A stretch of DNA of 64,000 nt from positions 16,253-80,252 of the forward strand of contig CAMLYL010000002.1 in NCBI GenBank assembly GCA_946491665.1, in the 5' to 3' direction. Below, one piece after another: positions 40,497 to 50,872 of the stretch (positions are counted from its first letter, which is position 1; every line of letters begins with the position of its first letter). Origin of the DNA: an uncultured Lachnospiraceae bacterium (GTDB taxonomy: Bacteria; Bacillota; Clostridia; Lachnospirales; Lachnospiraceae). The notes beneath the pieces were generated by a model. The model was not told where the DNA came from, did not search any database, and was given only the letters and a program-made list of their open reading frames with translations. A program made the position numbers and the translations under genes.

Positions 40497-40817
40497 ATGG
40501 AAAGACAAGAGTACGATATAGTTATGAAAACTTCTGTAGGAGACAGAAAAGGAATTATGATATTTAATGTAGACAATGGCGTTCTTAACGGTCATCTGAA
40601 TATTCTGAAGGAGGAAAACCCCTTTCACGGGACGATTGATGAGCGGGGAAATTTTTGCATCCGGGGGGAACTGAAAACATTAGTACGCAGAATTCTGTAT
40701 GACGCCACAGGACGGATGTCAGAAAGGACATTATATCTGAAGCTGCTGGGTGGTCGGGAGATTTTTGAAATCTGCGGTACAGCAGTTTCTGAGGAAGAAA
40801 AGGAGCAGATATCATGA
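40497..40817 (+). CDS. Hypothetical beta-rich protein, first gene of MMPL operon
   Basis: ATG after GGAGGAG; stop overlaps MMPL start (ATGA). Confidence 0.7.
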   Translation: MERQEYDIVMKTSVGDRKGIMIFNVDNGVLNGHLNILKEENPFHGTIDERGNFCIRGELKTLVRRILYDATGRMSERTLYLKLLGGREIFEICGTAVSEEEKEQIS

Positions 40818-42949
40818 GGAGGTTTTATCAGATCATTGTCAGTCATCCCAGAAAGATCATCATTGGCTTCCTTCTGGCTGCCGCCGTCTGTGCGGTGCTC
40901 CAGAGTATGGTGGAAGTCAATTATGATATGAAGGATTACCTTCCGGAAGACACCGCATCCACGGTGGCTCTCGATGTAATGGAGGAGGAGTTTGAAGGCG
41001 GGATTCCAAACGCCCGGGTTATGGTGGAGGCTGTGACAGTACCGGAGGCGCTGGAATATAAGGAAAAGATTGAAAACTGCGAAGGTGTGACCGCGGTTAC
41101 CTGGCTGGATGACGCGGTGGATATCCTGCAGCCCCTGGAGACTATGGATGAGGATACGGTGGAAACCTACTATAAAAATGATACGGCGCTTTTTTCTGTC
41201 ACCATTGAGGAAGGAAAGCAGGTGCAGGCAGAGAGTGCGATCCGGGAGACAGTGGGTGACAGAGGCTCGCTCAGCGGCTCAGCTATTTCCACCGCAGTCG
41301 CTACGGTTGACACTGTGGATGAGATTCGGAAAATTGCAGTTTTCGGCGTTCTGTTTATTTTATTTATGCTGGTTTTAACAACTACTTCCTGGGCAGAGCC
41401 TGTACTGGTTATGGCAGGTCTGGGAGCGGCGGTGCTGATTAATTGCGGGACAAATCTGATTTTTGGCGAAATCTCTTTTGTCACAAATGCGGCCGGGGCT
41501 ATTCTGCAGCTGGCGGTATCACTGGATTATTCCGTGTTTCTGATTCACCGGTTTGAAGAATGTCTGAAAGAGATTCCAGATCCGAAGGAGGCTATGGTAG
41601 AAGCTCTGTGCAGATCCACCAGCTCTATTCTTTCCAGTGGTCTGACTACGGTCATCGGATTTCTGGCGCTTGTTTTTATGCAGTTCCGGATTGGTCCGGA
41701 TCTGGGGCTGGCGCTGGCAAAAGGAATTGCCATCAGTCTGATTACGGTTTTTGTTTTTACGCCTGTTCTGGCGCTGACGCTGCAGAAATGGCTGTATAAA
41801 ACGAAGCACCGCAGTTTTCTCCCGGATTTCAGAGGGCCTGGCCGCATGATCAGCCGTGTGATGATTCCTATGGTGTGTGTATTCGCCGTGCTGATCCTGC
41901 CGTCTTATCTGGCGTCCAACGCCAATGATTTTTATTATGGTTCTTCCCATATTTACGGGGAAGACACCAGACTGGGAAGGGATATGGCGGCTATTGAGGA
42001 GACGTATGGAGAAAGCGATACCTATGTGGCAATGGTTCCGAAGGGAGATCTGGGGAACCAGCAGGAATTGTCTGACGCCCTTCACGATATTCCCCAGGTG
42101 AAAAGTATTCTTTCTTACGTGGATACGGTAGGAGCGGAAATTCCGGAGGAATATCTGGATGAGGATATGCTGTCGCAGCTTGTCGGCGATCATTACAGCC
42201 GTTTTGTCATAACTGTGGAGGCGGGAGAGGAAGGGGAGGAAACTTTTTCGCTGGTAGAGACCATCCGGGAGACCCTGGATACTTATTATCCGGAGGAAAA
42301 TTATCTGGCGGGAACAGGAGTCAGCTCCTATGATCTGATGGATACGATTACCCAGGATATGGTAAAGGTGAATCTGATCGCAATCGGAGCGGTATTTCTT
42401 GTTCTTTTGGTGACTATGAGATCTGTTTCTCTTCCGGTTATTCTGGTGCTGGCAATAGAGACTGCGGTATGGATCAATCTGGCGATTCCCTATTTCCGGG
42501 GAACTACGGTTTTTTATATTTCTTATCTGATTATCAGTTCGATCCAGCTGGGAGCGACGGTGGACTACGCAATTCTGTTTACAGAGCGCTATACCGGATT
42601 CCGGAAGCAGATGGATAAAAAGGCAGCGGTTGTGGAGACTGTCCGGGCGGTGACTCCCTCGGTAATCACTTCCGGAACAGTTCTGGCAGTGGTGGGAGGA
42701 CTGCTTGGTTATGTTTCCAGCCACGGTATTCTGGCCCAGCTGGGAACCTTCCTTGGGATCGGAAGCCTGCTTTCACTGGCCATGGTGCTGTTTGTATTGC
42801 CGGGACTTTTGTATCTTCTGGACGGCGTTATCCAGAGAACGACAAGGCATACTCATTTTTATAACTCCGGAAAAGAGAATATTCCCGGGAGAATACCCGG
42901 ATGGGCAGAAAACAGCCCGGAAAAGGAGGAAAGTTTACATGAAGTTTAG
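40814..42949 (+). CDS. MMPL/RND-family transporter
   Basis: Two repeats with LQLAVSLDYSVFLIHRF and IQLGATVDYAILFTERY. Confidence 0.9.
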   Translation: MRRFYQIIVSHPRKIIIGFLLAAAVCAVLQSMVEVNYDMKDYLPEDTASTVALDVMEEEFEGGIPNARVMVEAVTVPEALEYKEKIENCEGVTAVTWLDDAVDILQPLETMDEDTVETYYKNDTALFSVTIEEGKQVQAESAIRETVGDRGSLSGSAISTAVATVDTVDEIRKIAVFGVLFILFMLVLTTTSWAEPVLVMAGLGAAVLINCGTNLIFGEISFVTNAAGAILQLAVSLDYSVFLIHRFEECLKEIPDPKEAMVEALCRSTSSILSSGLTTVIGFLALVFMQFRIGPDLGLALAKGIAISLITVFVFTPVLALTLQKWLYKTKHRSFLPDFRGPGRMISRVMIPMVCVFAVLILPSYLASNANDFYYGSSHIYGEDTRLGRDMAAIEETYGESDTYVAMVPKGDLGNQQELSDALHDIPQVKSILSYVDTVGAEIPEEYLDEDMLSQLVGDHYSRFVITVEAGEEGEETFSLVETIRETLDTYYPEENYLAGTGVSSYDLMDTITQDMVKVNLIAIGAVFLVLLVTMRSVSLPVILVLAIETAVWINLAIPYFRGTTVFYISYLIISSIQLGATVDYAILFTERYTGFRKQMDKKAAVVETVRAVTPSVITSGTVLAVVGGLLGYVSSHGILAQLGTFLGIGSLLSLAMVLFVLPGLLYLLDGVIQRTTRHTHFYNSGKENIPGRIPGWAENSPEKEESLHEV

Positions 42950-44909
42950 ACGTGTTTTTGTTTTGGGACTTACTGTAGTTCTGGTGTTCACTTCAGCAGT
43001 TTCCGCTTCTGCATCTGAAGCGGCACAAGCCACAGAGAAAGAAGAAGTTGTTTATGTCATGCTGCAGAAGGACGGATCTGTGAAAAATACTTATGTGGTA
43101 AACAGTTTTGCGGGCGGGGATATTACCGACTATGGAGATTATGATTCCGTAAAAATGATGAATACAAGTGATGCGGTCCGGCAGCAGGGGGACCGGATTA
43201 CCTTTACCTCTTCCGCCGATAAGGTATATTACCAGGGAGAGCTGAAGGATGCAGAAATCCCGTGGAACATTTCTCTGCGGTATTACCTGGATGGAAAGGA
43301 ATATACGGCGGATGAGCTGGCGGGAAAGAGCGGGGAACTGGAAATCCGGTTCCAGATAACGAAGAATGAGGCGTGCCGCGGAGACTTTTTTGAGAACTAT
43401 GCCCTGCAGGCGTCTTTCATGCTGGATACAGAAAAGTGCAGAAATATTTCGGCTCCCGACGCTACAGAGGCAAATGTGGGCGGAAGTAAGCAGTTTACTT
43501 ATACGATCCTTCCCGGAGAAGGGATTGACACAGTTATCACAGCGGATGTAACAGATTTTGCGATGGATGCGGTATCCATTAACGGGATTCATCTGAACCT
43601 GAATGTGGAAGTAGACAACGCCGGACTGAAGGATAAAGTGAATGAACTGATAAACGCTGTGGAACTGCTGGATGACGGGGCGGGGGAACTTTCTGACGGG
43701 GCGGGAGAACTGGAGGATGGCACAGCCGGAGTAAATGGCGGAGCTGATTCTTTAAACAGCGGGATATCCTCCCTGGACGGCGGAGTCAGAGCTTTGCAGA
43801 ATGGAACCGCCACTCTGCAGACAGGGCTGGACAGTTTAAATGCCCGGTCCGGGGAACTGACAGAGGGATCCGCCCAGGTAAAAGAGGCTCTCAGAACGAT
43901 CCAGACAGCCCTTGATTCTGTTTCCGTATCCGGAGAGGAACTTGCCGCTCTCACAGAGGCGTCTGGTCAGATCCGGCAGGCCATAGAAAATCTGTATGAC
44001 GGAGCTCTGAGCCTGCAGGAAAATCTGGGATATACCCAGTATAAATCGCTGATGGCGGCAAACGGGCTGGACGTCGATACGCTGAAAGCGGGAAATTCAC
44101 AGACGATTTCAACGCTGAGGGCGCAGATTACAGAATTGCAGAATACACTGACCCGGATAGAAAATACTCCGGGGATGGAAGAGCAGGCAGCCCGGCTGAA
44201 GGAGCAGGCAGATCAGCTTTCCCGGGTTGTGACTCTCCTGGAGGGAAACAATGCTGCCATCGGCGGGATGGAAAGCTACCTGGATGAAATCTCCGCAAGC
44301 CTTCCGGAGCTGACGGAGGGACTGACCCGGCTGAAGGAACAGTATGAGGTTTTTGACAGCTCCATTTCCGGTCTGGTGAATACCCTCAGCAGTATGACCG
44401 GACAGCTTTCCACACTGGCGGATGGAATAAACCAGCTTGTGGAAGAGTATGAAGTTCTTGATTCCGGTATTGGAGAATACACAGACGGAGTAGCGCAGGC
44501 TGCGGCAGGATATCATCAGATCATGGACGGCGTATCTTCCCTGGCAGAAGGAAGCCGCGAGCTGGCCGACGGTTCCGGAGAATTGTATGAGGGAACTGCA
44601 GAGCTGTATGACGGCGTTGTGTCTCTCTGTGACGGCGCACGGGAACTGGCCGACGGTACGGGAGAATTCCGGGAGGAGACTTCGGATATGAATGCGCAGA
44701 TTGACGAGGAGATCGACAGTCTTCTGGAAACGATCGGGGGAAGTATGAAGGATCCGGTATCCTTTGTGTCAGAGAAAAATACAAATGTGGATTCCGTGCA
44801 GTTTGTGATTCAGACAGAGGGAATTGAAATAGAAAAAACGGAAGAGACAGCCGCGCCGGTGGAAGAAGAACCTTCCTTCTGGCAGAAACTGATCGCACTG
44901 TTCCGGTGA
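42939..44909 (+). CDS. Secreted coiled-coil protein with X-X-X-Leu-X-X-Gly heptads (YhgE/Pip-like MMPL partner)
   Basis: Signal peptide from ATG 42939 (after AAGGAGG); KEEVVYV; LxDGAxEL heptads; SFVSEKN...VQFVI. Confidence 0.8.
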   Translation: MKFRRVFVLGLTVVLVFTSAVSASASEAAQATEKEEVVYVMLQKDGSVKNTYVVNSFAGGDITDYGDYDSVKMMNTSDAVRQQGDRITFTSSADKVYYQGELKDAEIPWNISLRYYLDGKEYTADELAGKSGELEIRFQITKNEACRGDFFENYALQASFMLDTEKCRNISAPDATEANVGGSKQFTYTILPGEGIDTVITADVTDFAMDAVSINGIHLNLNVEVDNAGLKDKVNELINAVELLDDGAGELSDGAGELEDGTAGVNGGADSLNSGISSLDGGVRALQNGTATLQTGLDSLNARSGELTEGSAQVKEALRTIQTALDSVSVSGEELAALTEASGQIRQAIENLYDGALSLQENLGYTQYKSLMAANGLDVDTLKAGNSQTISTLRAQITELQNTLTRIENTPGMEEQAARLKEQADQLSRVVTLLEGNNAAIGGMESYLDEISASLPELTEGLTRLKEQYEVFDSSISGLVNTLSSMTGQLSTLADGINQLVEEYEVLDSGIGEYTDGVAQAAAGYHQIMDGVSSLAEGSRELADGSGELYEGTAELYDGVVSLCDGARELADGTGEFREETSDMNAQIDEEIDSLLETIGGSMKDPVSFVSEKNTNVDSVQFVIQTEGIEIEKTEETAAPVEEEPSFWQKLIALFR

Positions 44910-45136
44910 TCTTTGCGGAGATAGGGATTGTATTATGGAAAACGGAGAGCTGTAAAAGCAGGTATGGCACATGCAGATAAAAGTCAGGAGCAGCATATCA
45001 TACGCTGCTCCCGGTTTCTGCGCGAATCGTGGATCGGATGGGAAAGAGAATCTTTCCCTATCCGATTCTGCCGTCGACTGATAAAATTCCATTTATATAC
45101 CGTATCCCCTGGGAACATCAGAAATCTGAAGTGTTT

Positions 45137-46540
45137 TCAGAAGGGGCCGTATCCCATATTGTGGGCTATCATAACCAGTATAAATGCACTTACAATAAAG
45201 CCCAGATAAATTTTCCAGCAGAACTTAATCCAGGATCCGTAATCCACACCGCACATGGACAGCTGGACCAGGGAACTGGCGGGCCAGAAGCTGTTGGTGA
45301 TACCGTCGCCGTACTGGTAAGCCAGTACCAGCACCTGCTGATTGATGCCGAGGATTTTCCCAAGGGGCTGGAGAATCGGCATAATGATAACAGCTTTTCC
45401 GCTGCCGGACACTACCAGGAAATTAAACAGTGTTACAAAAATAAAAATAATCAGTAATGCGAGAATTGCGCCTCTGTTTTCCAGAAGTGTTGCCATCGCA
45501 TGTACAATCGTATCCATGATACACGCCTGATTCATCAGCACGACTACAGACTGGGCCAGGCCAACGGCAAAGGCCGCCGCAAATACTCTGACAGCACCTT
45601 TGCAGAAGAGCTGGCAGGCTTCGTTGGGCTTGAAACGGAAGATAATCGTCAGAATGATTCCCATAATCACATAAAGTCCTGCAATCTGGGGGAAGGACCA
45701 GCTCAGCCGGATGCAGCCGTATCCCTGAATGACGATAACCGCCAGGAAAATAATAATTCCCAGAGCTCTGGAAACAGTCATATTTTCCATGCCGGAGGTG
45801 TGATCTTCCCGGTTCTGGTTCATGTACTCTTCGCTGTAAAAGCTCCGTCTGGGATCCTTTCTGATCCTGCGGCAGTAAGCGTAAATGCCGATCAGACCGA
45901 TGACATAAAATACGGCAAGTCCCACGGCGCGGAAGCCGATTCCCGAGAAAAGGGGAAGCCCCACAATCTGCTGCGCGACGCCTGTGGTAAAGGTATTCAT
46001 CATTCCCGAAGTAAAGCCGACGGTACTTCCGATGATCGCCAGGGCCGTTCCCACCATTCTGTCATATCCCAGGGCAAAGCCGATGGTGACAGCCAGGGGA
46101 TAGAAGGGATATGCCGCTTCCCCGTAACCCAGCACACCGAAAATAACAAAAATAGTATAGAAAATGCAGACAACGGAAAATTCTTTGCCTTTTGTTTTTT
46201 TCAGGATCAGATTGATAGCTGCGCCGAACGCGCCGCTGACCTCCAGAAGATAGATCATGCCGGAACAGATGAAAAGTGTTCCCATGATGGTGGCGCCGTT
46301 GACAAAACCGTTATAGACGGCCTCAAAGTAATCCATGAAACCAATGGGATTTTCATTTTCCACATACTGGAAGGTGTCCGGGTCAATGACGCTGAGGCCG
46401 GTGGCAGCGTCAGTAATTCTCTCATAGGATCCGCTGGGGATGATATAGGAGAGAATAACGACAAAAAGCATAATTAACAGCAGTATAATAAAAACATGAG
46501 GCATGCGGAATGCCTTTTTCTTTTCTGTTTTCTGATTCAT
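45137..46540 (-). CDS. YfcC/DcuC-like (basic amino acid antiporter type) transporter
   Basis: MPHVFII, IPSGSYER, NTFTTGVAQ, SGSGKA, AYQYGDGITN. Confidence 0.85.
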   Translation of the reverse strand: MNQKTEKKKAFRMPHVFIILLLIMLFVVILSYIIPSGSYERITDAATGLSVIDPDTFQYVENENPIGFMDYFEAVYNGFVNGATIMGTLFICSGMIYLLEVSGAFGAAINLILKKTKGKEFSVVCIFYTIFVIFGVLGYGEAAYPFYPLAVTIGFALGYDRMVGTALAIIGSTVGFTSGMMNTFTTGVAQQIVGLPLFSGIGFRAVGLAVFYVIGLIGIYAYCRRIRKDPRRSFYSEEYMNQNREDHTSGMENMTVSRALGIIIFLAVIVIQGYGCIRLSWSFPQIAGLYVIMGIILTIIFRFKPNEACQLFCKGAVRVFAAAFAVGLAQSVVVLMNQACIMDTIVHAMATLLENRGAILALLIIFIFVTLFNFLVVSGSGKAVIIMPILQPLGKILGINQQVLVLAYQYGDGITNSFWPASSLVQLSMCGVDYGSWIKFCWKIYLGFIVSAFILVMIAHNMGYGPF

Positions 46541-46579
46541 TTTTTCCTCCCTTTCCGAATAAAGAAGCATCCGCAGGAT

Positions 46580-47821
46580 TTATTCGGAGGTTTTATTCTG
46601 TTCCAGCCAGGATACGGCTGCGTTTGCGTAAACAGCGGCGCCCAGAGGCAGCACGTTTTCATCCAGAATCATCTGCGGACTGTGCAGAGGCGCATTTCCG
46701 GGCTTTCCGGCGCCGATGAAAGCGAACATGCCCGGAATTTCCTGGGTGACGTATCCGAAATCTTCTGTTCCGGTCATGGCGGGGATTTCGTGAACACTGT
46801 CCGGCCCTGTGATCTCACAGATATGGGGCACCAGCTGGCGGCAGAGCGTCTCATCCGTCAGCGTACATGGAGTGTGGAAGGTGGTCAGCTCATAACCGGC
46901 GTTCCAGGCTTTTACATAGTGATCAATGACCTGGGGAATCCGTTCCTTCAGATGTTCTGCGGCCTCCACATTCAGGGTCCGCAGCCCGATGTGGAGCTCA
47001 GCCTCATTGGGAATGATGTTGACTGCTGTTCCTCCCCGGGCTACGCCGCAGGTAAGGGTTACCATGGCGGCCGGATCCGCTTCTCTTGTGACCAGAAGAT
47101 TCAGCGCCTGGTACACCTGGTTCATGACCATCAGCGGATCTGTACAGAGCTGGGGCTGGGAACTGTGCCCGCCTTTTCCCTTAATCTTCAGAATAAAAGT
47201 ATCCAGGGATGCGGAGTTGACTCCGGTGGCGAAGCCGATTTGTCCGGTTTCGTCTGTGGGCTGTACATGCAGGCCGAAGGCAGCTCCCGGTTCCGGATCG
47301 GACAGAATACCGTCTTCCACCATCATCCGCGCTCCCGCGCCGGTTTCTTCTCCGGGCTGGAACATCAGCTTCACGGTTCCCTCCAGGCGGTCTTCCATGC
47401 TTTTCAGAATCCGGGCGGCGCCCAGAAGCATGGCCGCATGGCCGTCGTGACCGCACATATGGCCGCAGCCGTTGGTTGATTTAAAGTCCAGGCTGTTGTC
47501 TTCTTTTATGGGAAGGGCGTCCATATCGGCCCGCAGCAGGATGCAGGGGGAACCATTTCCGATGACAGCAGCCACGCCTGTTTCCTTTTCCATCCTGGGA
47601 AATCCGGCTTTGACAAAATCCTCTGTCATCTGTGCCGGAAGCCTGCCGCCGCAGTCCTTCCAGGGGATACCCATTTCATCCAGTTTCTTTTTTATGTAAG
47701 AACTGGTTTGAGGAAGATCTGTGCCGATTTCCGGAATCCGGTGCAGATATCTCCTGTCTGTGATAATCTGTTCGCGGAATTCTTCAGATTTCCGGCGGAT
47801 TTCTTCCGCAGATATATTCAT
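46580..47821 (-). CDS. M20D family amidohydrolase
   Basis: LHRIPE, LRADMDALP, HMCGHDGH, FQPGEE, GTEDF, LHSP; ATG 47821 after AGGAGG. Confidence 0.9.
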   Translation of the reverse strand: MNISAEEIRRKSEEFREQIITDRRYLHRIPEIGTDLPQTSSYIKKKLDEMGIPWKDCGGRLPAQMTEDFVKAGFPRMEKETGVAAVIGNGSPCILLRADMDALPIKEDNSLDFKSTNGCGHMCGHDGHAAMLLGAARILKSMEDRLEGTVKLMFQPGEETGAGARMMVEDGILSDPEPGAAFGLHVQPTDETGQIGFATGVNSASLDTFILKIKGKGGHSSQPQLCTDPLMVMNQVYQALNLLVTREADPAAMVTLTCGVARGGTAVNIIPNEAELHIGLRTLNVEAAEHLKERIPQVIDHYVKAWNAGYELTTFHTPCTLTDETLCRQLVPHICEITGPDSVHEIPAMTGTEDFGYVTQEIPGMFAFIGAGKPGNAPLHSPQMILDENVLPLGAAVYANAAVSWLEQNKTSE

Positions 47822-47941
47822 TTCTGACGCCTCCTGTCTGTTGCGGATCTTCTTCTGAACAGGATCAGATTCTTTTCTGAAAGAAAAAAACTCCGACCGT
47901 TTCGGAGTATGGATCTGCTCTGATCTATAAATATAAATAAA

Positions 47942-47988
47942 TATGAATAAATATTCATTATCATACCACCATATGTAAAAAATTGCAA
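47942..47988 (-). promoter_or_regulatory. ARG box next to a SigA promoter of the M20-yfcC operon
   Basis: TGAAT-AAAT-ATTCA at 47944-47957; minus strand TTGCAA-N17-TATGAT with TG extension. Confidence 0.65.
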
Positions 47989-48062
47989 TAATTCGGGCAA
48001 AACTTCCTGACAAACTTTGTTTCTTCTGGTATTATTATAGGAAGATTCGGAGGAGAGACAAG

Positions 48063-49673
48063 ATGGGCATAGAAGGAAAAACAACGTTTGTAAATGGAAA
48101 GATTTTCACATCCGATGACCGGATGCCTTATGCGGATGCCATGACAGTTGCCGGCGGCCGCATCGTGGCCATTGGAAGTGAGAAGGATCTTCCCGGTGAC
48201 AGGGGAACTGTGATTGATTTAAAGGGACGACGGGTGATTCCGGGGTTTGTGGACGCCCATATGCATTCTGTCATGCTGGCGGACTGTATGAAAAAGATCA
48301 CTGTTATGCCGCCGGAAATCTGTTCCATTGAAGAACTGGTGCAGGCCATCAGAGAGCGCCGGGCACAGCAGGAGCCGGGACAGTGGATTGAAGGCTGGGG
48401 ATATGACGAGCAGGGATTTGCGGAAAAGCGTTCTCCCAACAGATATGATCTGGACCGGGGATGCAGCGACGCCCCTGTGGCGCTTCTCAGGAACTGCGCC
48501 CATATCCGCTGCGTAAACAGCATGGCGCTGAAGCTGGCGGGGATCGACCGGAATACGCCGGATCCGCCGGGAGGCGAGATTGAGCGGGATGAAAACGGGG
48601 AGCCTACCGGTGTACTGAAGGAGACGGCCAGGAATCTGATTGCGCCGCTTCTGCCGGTGGAATCGGACGAAGAAAAGGTGGAGAACCTGCTGGGACTGGG
48701 AAAACTGCTGGCAGCCCGGGGCATTACAGCAGTCTGCGATATGGGAAATCTGGATCCCAGCGACAATTTTCCTGTATATGAGGCGGCTGCGGAACGGGGC
48801 CTCTGCCAGAAGGCGGGCGTGTACTATATGTGGGACTTTTTTGCAGACAATGAAGTCTTTGAGATTCCGGCGGAAAGACTGGACCGGAATCGTCAGATCT
48901 TCGCGGCGGGGCTGAAACTGCTGGGGGACGGCAGTATTTCCGGGAAAACTGCCTGGATGCACCGGCCTTATAAGGATTCCACAGACAATTACGGGATCTG
49001 TGTGTGCACCGATGAACTGCTGGAGTCGGCGGTGGGCTTCTGTAAGAAAAATCACTGCCAGCTTTCCATGCACGCCATGGGCGGACGGGCCATTGAGCGG
49101 ATGGTAAACCGGGCCGCCGGTGAAGAAAAATGGACGCCGGAGGGAATTCCCTATGTGCGGATCGAGCATGTGACGGATCCTTCCGCAGAAAGCATAGAGA
49201 AGGCCGCTGCCTGCGGTATTTCTTTTGTGACCCAGCCGATTTTCCTGTATGCAGAGAGCGCCAGCTATCTTGCTAATCTGGGAAGTGACTGGATGAAGAG
49301 ATGTTATCCGGTGAAAACTATACTGGAAAAAGGAGTGACCCTCGGATTTTCCACGGACGCTCCGGCTACCTTCTGGGCGGTGCCCTATGATCCCTTCCCG
49401 GGACTGAAGCTGGCGGTGACGCGGACTGCGGCGGACGGCACGGACTGTGGAAAGGAAAACGCCATAGATATTGAAACGGCTATAAAGCTGTATACCCGGG
49501 GAGCGGCCAGGGCGGCAGGATTCCCGGAGACCGGCATGCTGGCGGAGGGATACCATGCGGATTTTGTTGTGCTGGACCGTGATATTCTCAGCATATCGCC
49601 GGAAGAGATCGATCAGATACAAGTGGAGGCAACCTACGCAGACGGAGTCTGCGTCTACAGATCAGATAGATGA
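48063..49673 (+). CDS. YtcJ-like metal-dependent amidohydrolase (Amidohydro_3)
   Basis: PGFVDAHMH, PTGVLKE, KLLGDGS, HAMGG, RIEH, STDAP, ADFVVLDRD. Confidence 0.9.
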   Translation: MGIEGKTTFVNGKIFTSDDRMPYADAMTVAGGRIVAIGSEKDLPGDRGTVIDLKGRRVIPGFVDAHMHSVMLADCMKKITVMPPEICSIEELVQAIRERRAQQEPGQWIEGWGYDEQGFAEKRSPNRYDLDRGCSDAPVALLRNCAHIRCVNSMALKLAGIDRNTPDPPGGEIERDENGEPTGVLKETARNLIAPLLPVESDEEKVENLLGLGKLLAARGITAVCDMGNLDPSDNFPVYEAAAERGLCQKAGVYYMWDFFADNEVFEIPAERLDRNRQIFAAGLKLLGDGSISGKTAWMHRPYKDSTDNYGICVCTDELLESAVGFCKKNHCQLSMHAMGGRAIERMVNRAAGEEKWTPEGIPYVRIEHVTDPSAESIEKAAACGISFVTQPIFLYAESASYLANLGSDWMKRCYPVKTILEKGVTLGFSTDAPATFWAVPYDPFPGLKLAVTRTAADGTDCGKENAIDIETAIKLYTRGAARAAGFPETGMLAEGYHADFVVLDRDILSISPEEIDQIQVEATYADGVCVYRSDR

Positions 49674-49704
49674 ATAAAAACGAAAGAAGAGAGGTAAAAC
49701 AGAT

Positions 49705-50799
49705 ATGTTTCAGATGCCAGAATACAGAGAGCCTGATTTTACGCAGGAGAAGTTTGTAAACGCGCCGGATGCCATGTGGGAAAAGGTGACCATACAGGGA
49801 GTAGCGCCGGAGAATTATCACAGCACATCCATGTATCCGGAATATTTCAAAATCGCCGGAAAATGGACCCTTGCCAAAGAGAGCAGAATGGATTCCAGCG
49901 TGGTGCTCTGCGACGACGGGGAGCTGAAGGTTGTGGAAAACAGGAATCTGGAGGTCGGAGATAAGGTAATTCTCGGAAGAACCGAAAATGGAGAGGAGGG
50001 CATTTATCTTCACAGTAACGGATTTGAAGATCCGGAGGAGGAAGAGGCAGACAAGTTTGTATTCCGCCAGGGAAGAAGCCGTGAGACCTCCTACGCCAGA
50101 GATTATGACCGCTTTTTCGAACTTCTGAAATACGAGAGGGACCATGGAAATATTATCTGGGTCATGGGACCGGCTTTTTCCTTTGACGCGGATGCCAGGA
50201 GAGCCATGCAGGCCATGGTGGAGAACGGCTATGTAGATGGTCTTATGGCCGGAAACGCTCTGGCAACTCACGATATGGAGGGATCCATGTTCCATACAGC
50301 CCTGGGCCAGGACATTTATACTCAGAAGTCCCAGCCTAACGGACATTATAACCATCTGGACGTGATCAACAGAGTCAGAAAAAGCGGATCGATCGCGCAG
50401 TTTATTGAGGATTATAAGATTGACAACGGCATTATGTACAGCTGTGTGAAAAATCATGTGCCGTTTGTGCTGACGGGATCCATCCGGGATGACGGACCGC
50501 TGCCGGAGGTTATAGGAAATGCCTATGAAGGTCAGACAAAAATGCGGGAGATGGTGAAGAAATCTACGACGGTGATCTGTCTCGCGACCATGCTCCACAC
50601 CATCGCCACCGGGAATATGACGCCTTCCTACCGGGTGCTGGAGGACGGAACCGTCCGTCCGGTATTTCTGTATACGGTGGATGCGGATGAGTTTGTGGTA
50701 AATAAGCTTCTGGACCGGGGAAGTCTGGCGGCAACCACCATTGTAACTAACGTACAGGACTTCATAATGATTGTAGCCAGAGGCCTGGGAGTTATCTGA
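49705..50799 (+). CDS. LOR/SDH-domain protein, TIGR00300/AgrE(ArgZ) C-terminal-like ornithine cyclodeaminase homolog
   Basis: GVAPENYHSTS, GNALATHD, GHYNHL, LTGSIRDDGPLP, MLHTIATGNMTP, KLLDRGS. Confidence 0.75.
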   Translation: MFQMPEYREPDFTQEKFVNAPDAMWEKVTIQGVAPENYHSTSMYPEYFKIAGKWTLAKESRMDSSVVLCDDGELKVVENRNLEVGDKVILGRTENGEEGIYLHSNGFEDPEEEEADKFVFRQGRSRETSYARDYDRFFELLKYERDHGNIIWVMGPAFSFDADARRAMQAMVENGYVDGLMAGNALATHDMEGSMFHTALGQDIYTQKSQPNGHYNHLDVINRVRKSGSIAQFIEDYKIDNGIMYSCVKNHVPFVLTGSIRDDGPLPEVIGNAYEGQTKMREMVKKSTTVICLATMLHTIATGNMTPSYRVLEDGTVRPVFLYTVDADEFVVNKLLDRGSLAATTIVTNVQDFIMIVARGLGVI

Positions 50800-50872
50800 C
50801 AGGAAAAGAAAATTTTACCGGGAGGAATCCAGTGGGTGGTATCGTTATACTGCAAGGGAATGATATCGCACA

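Noticed and set aside
48219-49622. Long antisense ORF of 467 aa (likewise 41519-42724, 31156-32331, 34741-35976, 50903-52075, 9240-10373)
   Set aside because: Shadow frames of well-supported genes; no recognisable motifs, explained by codon bias
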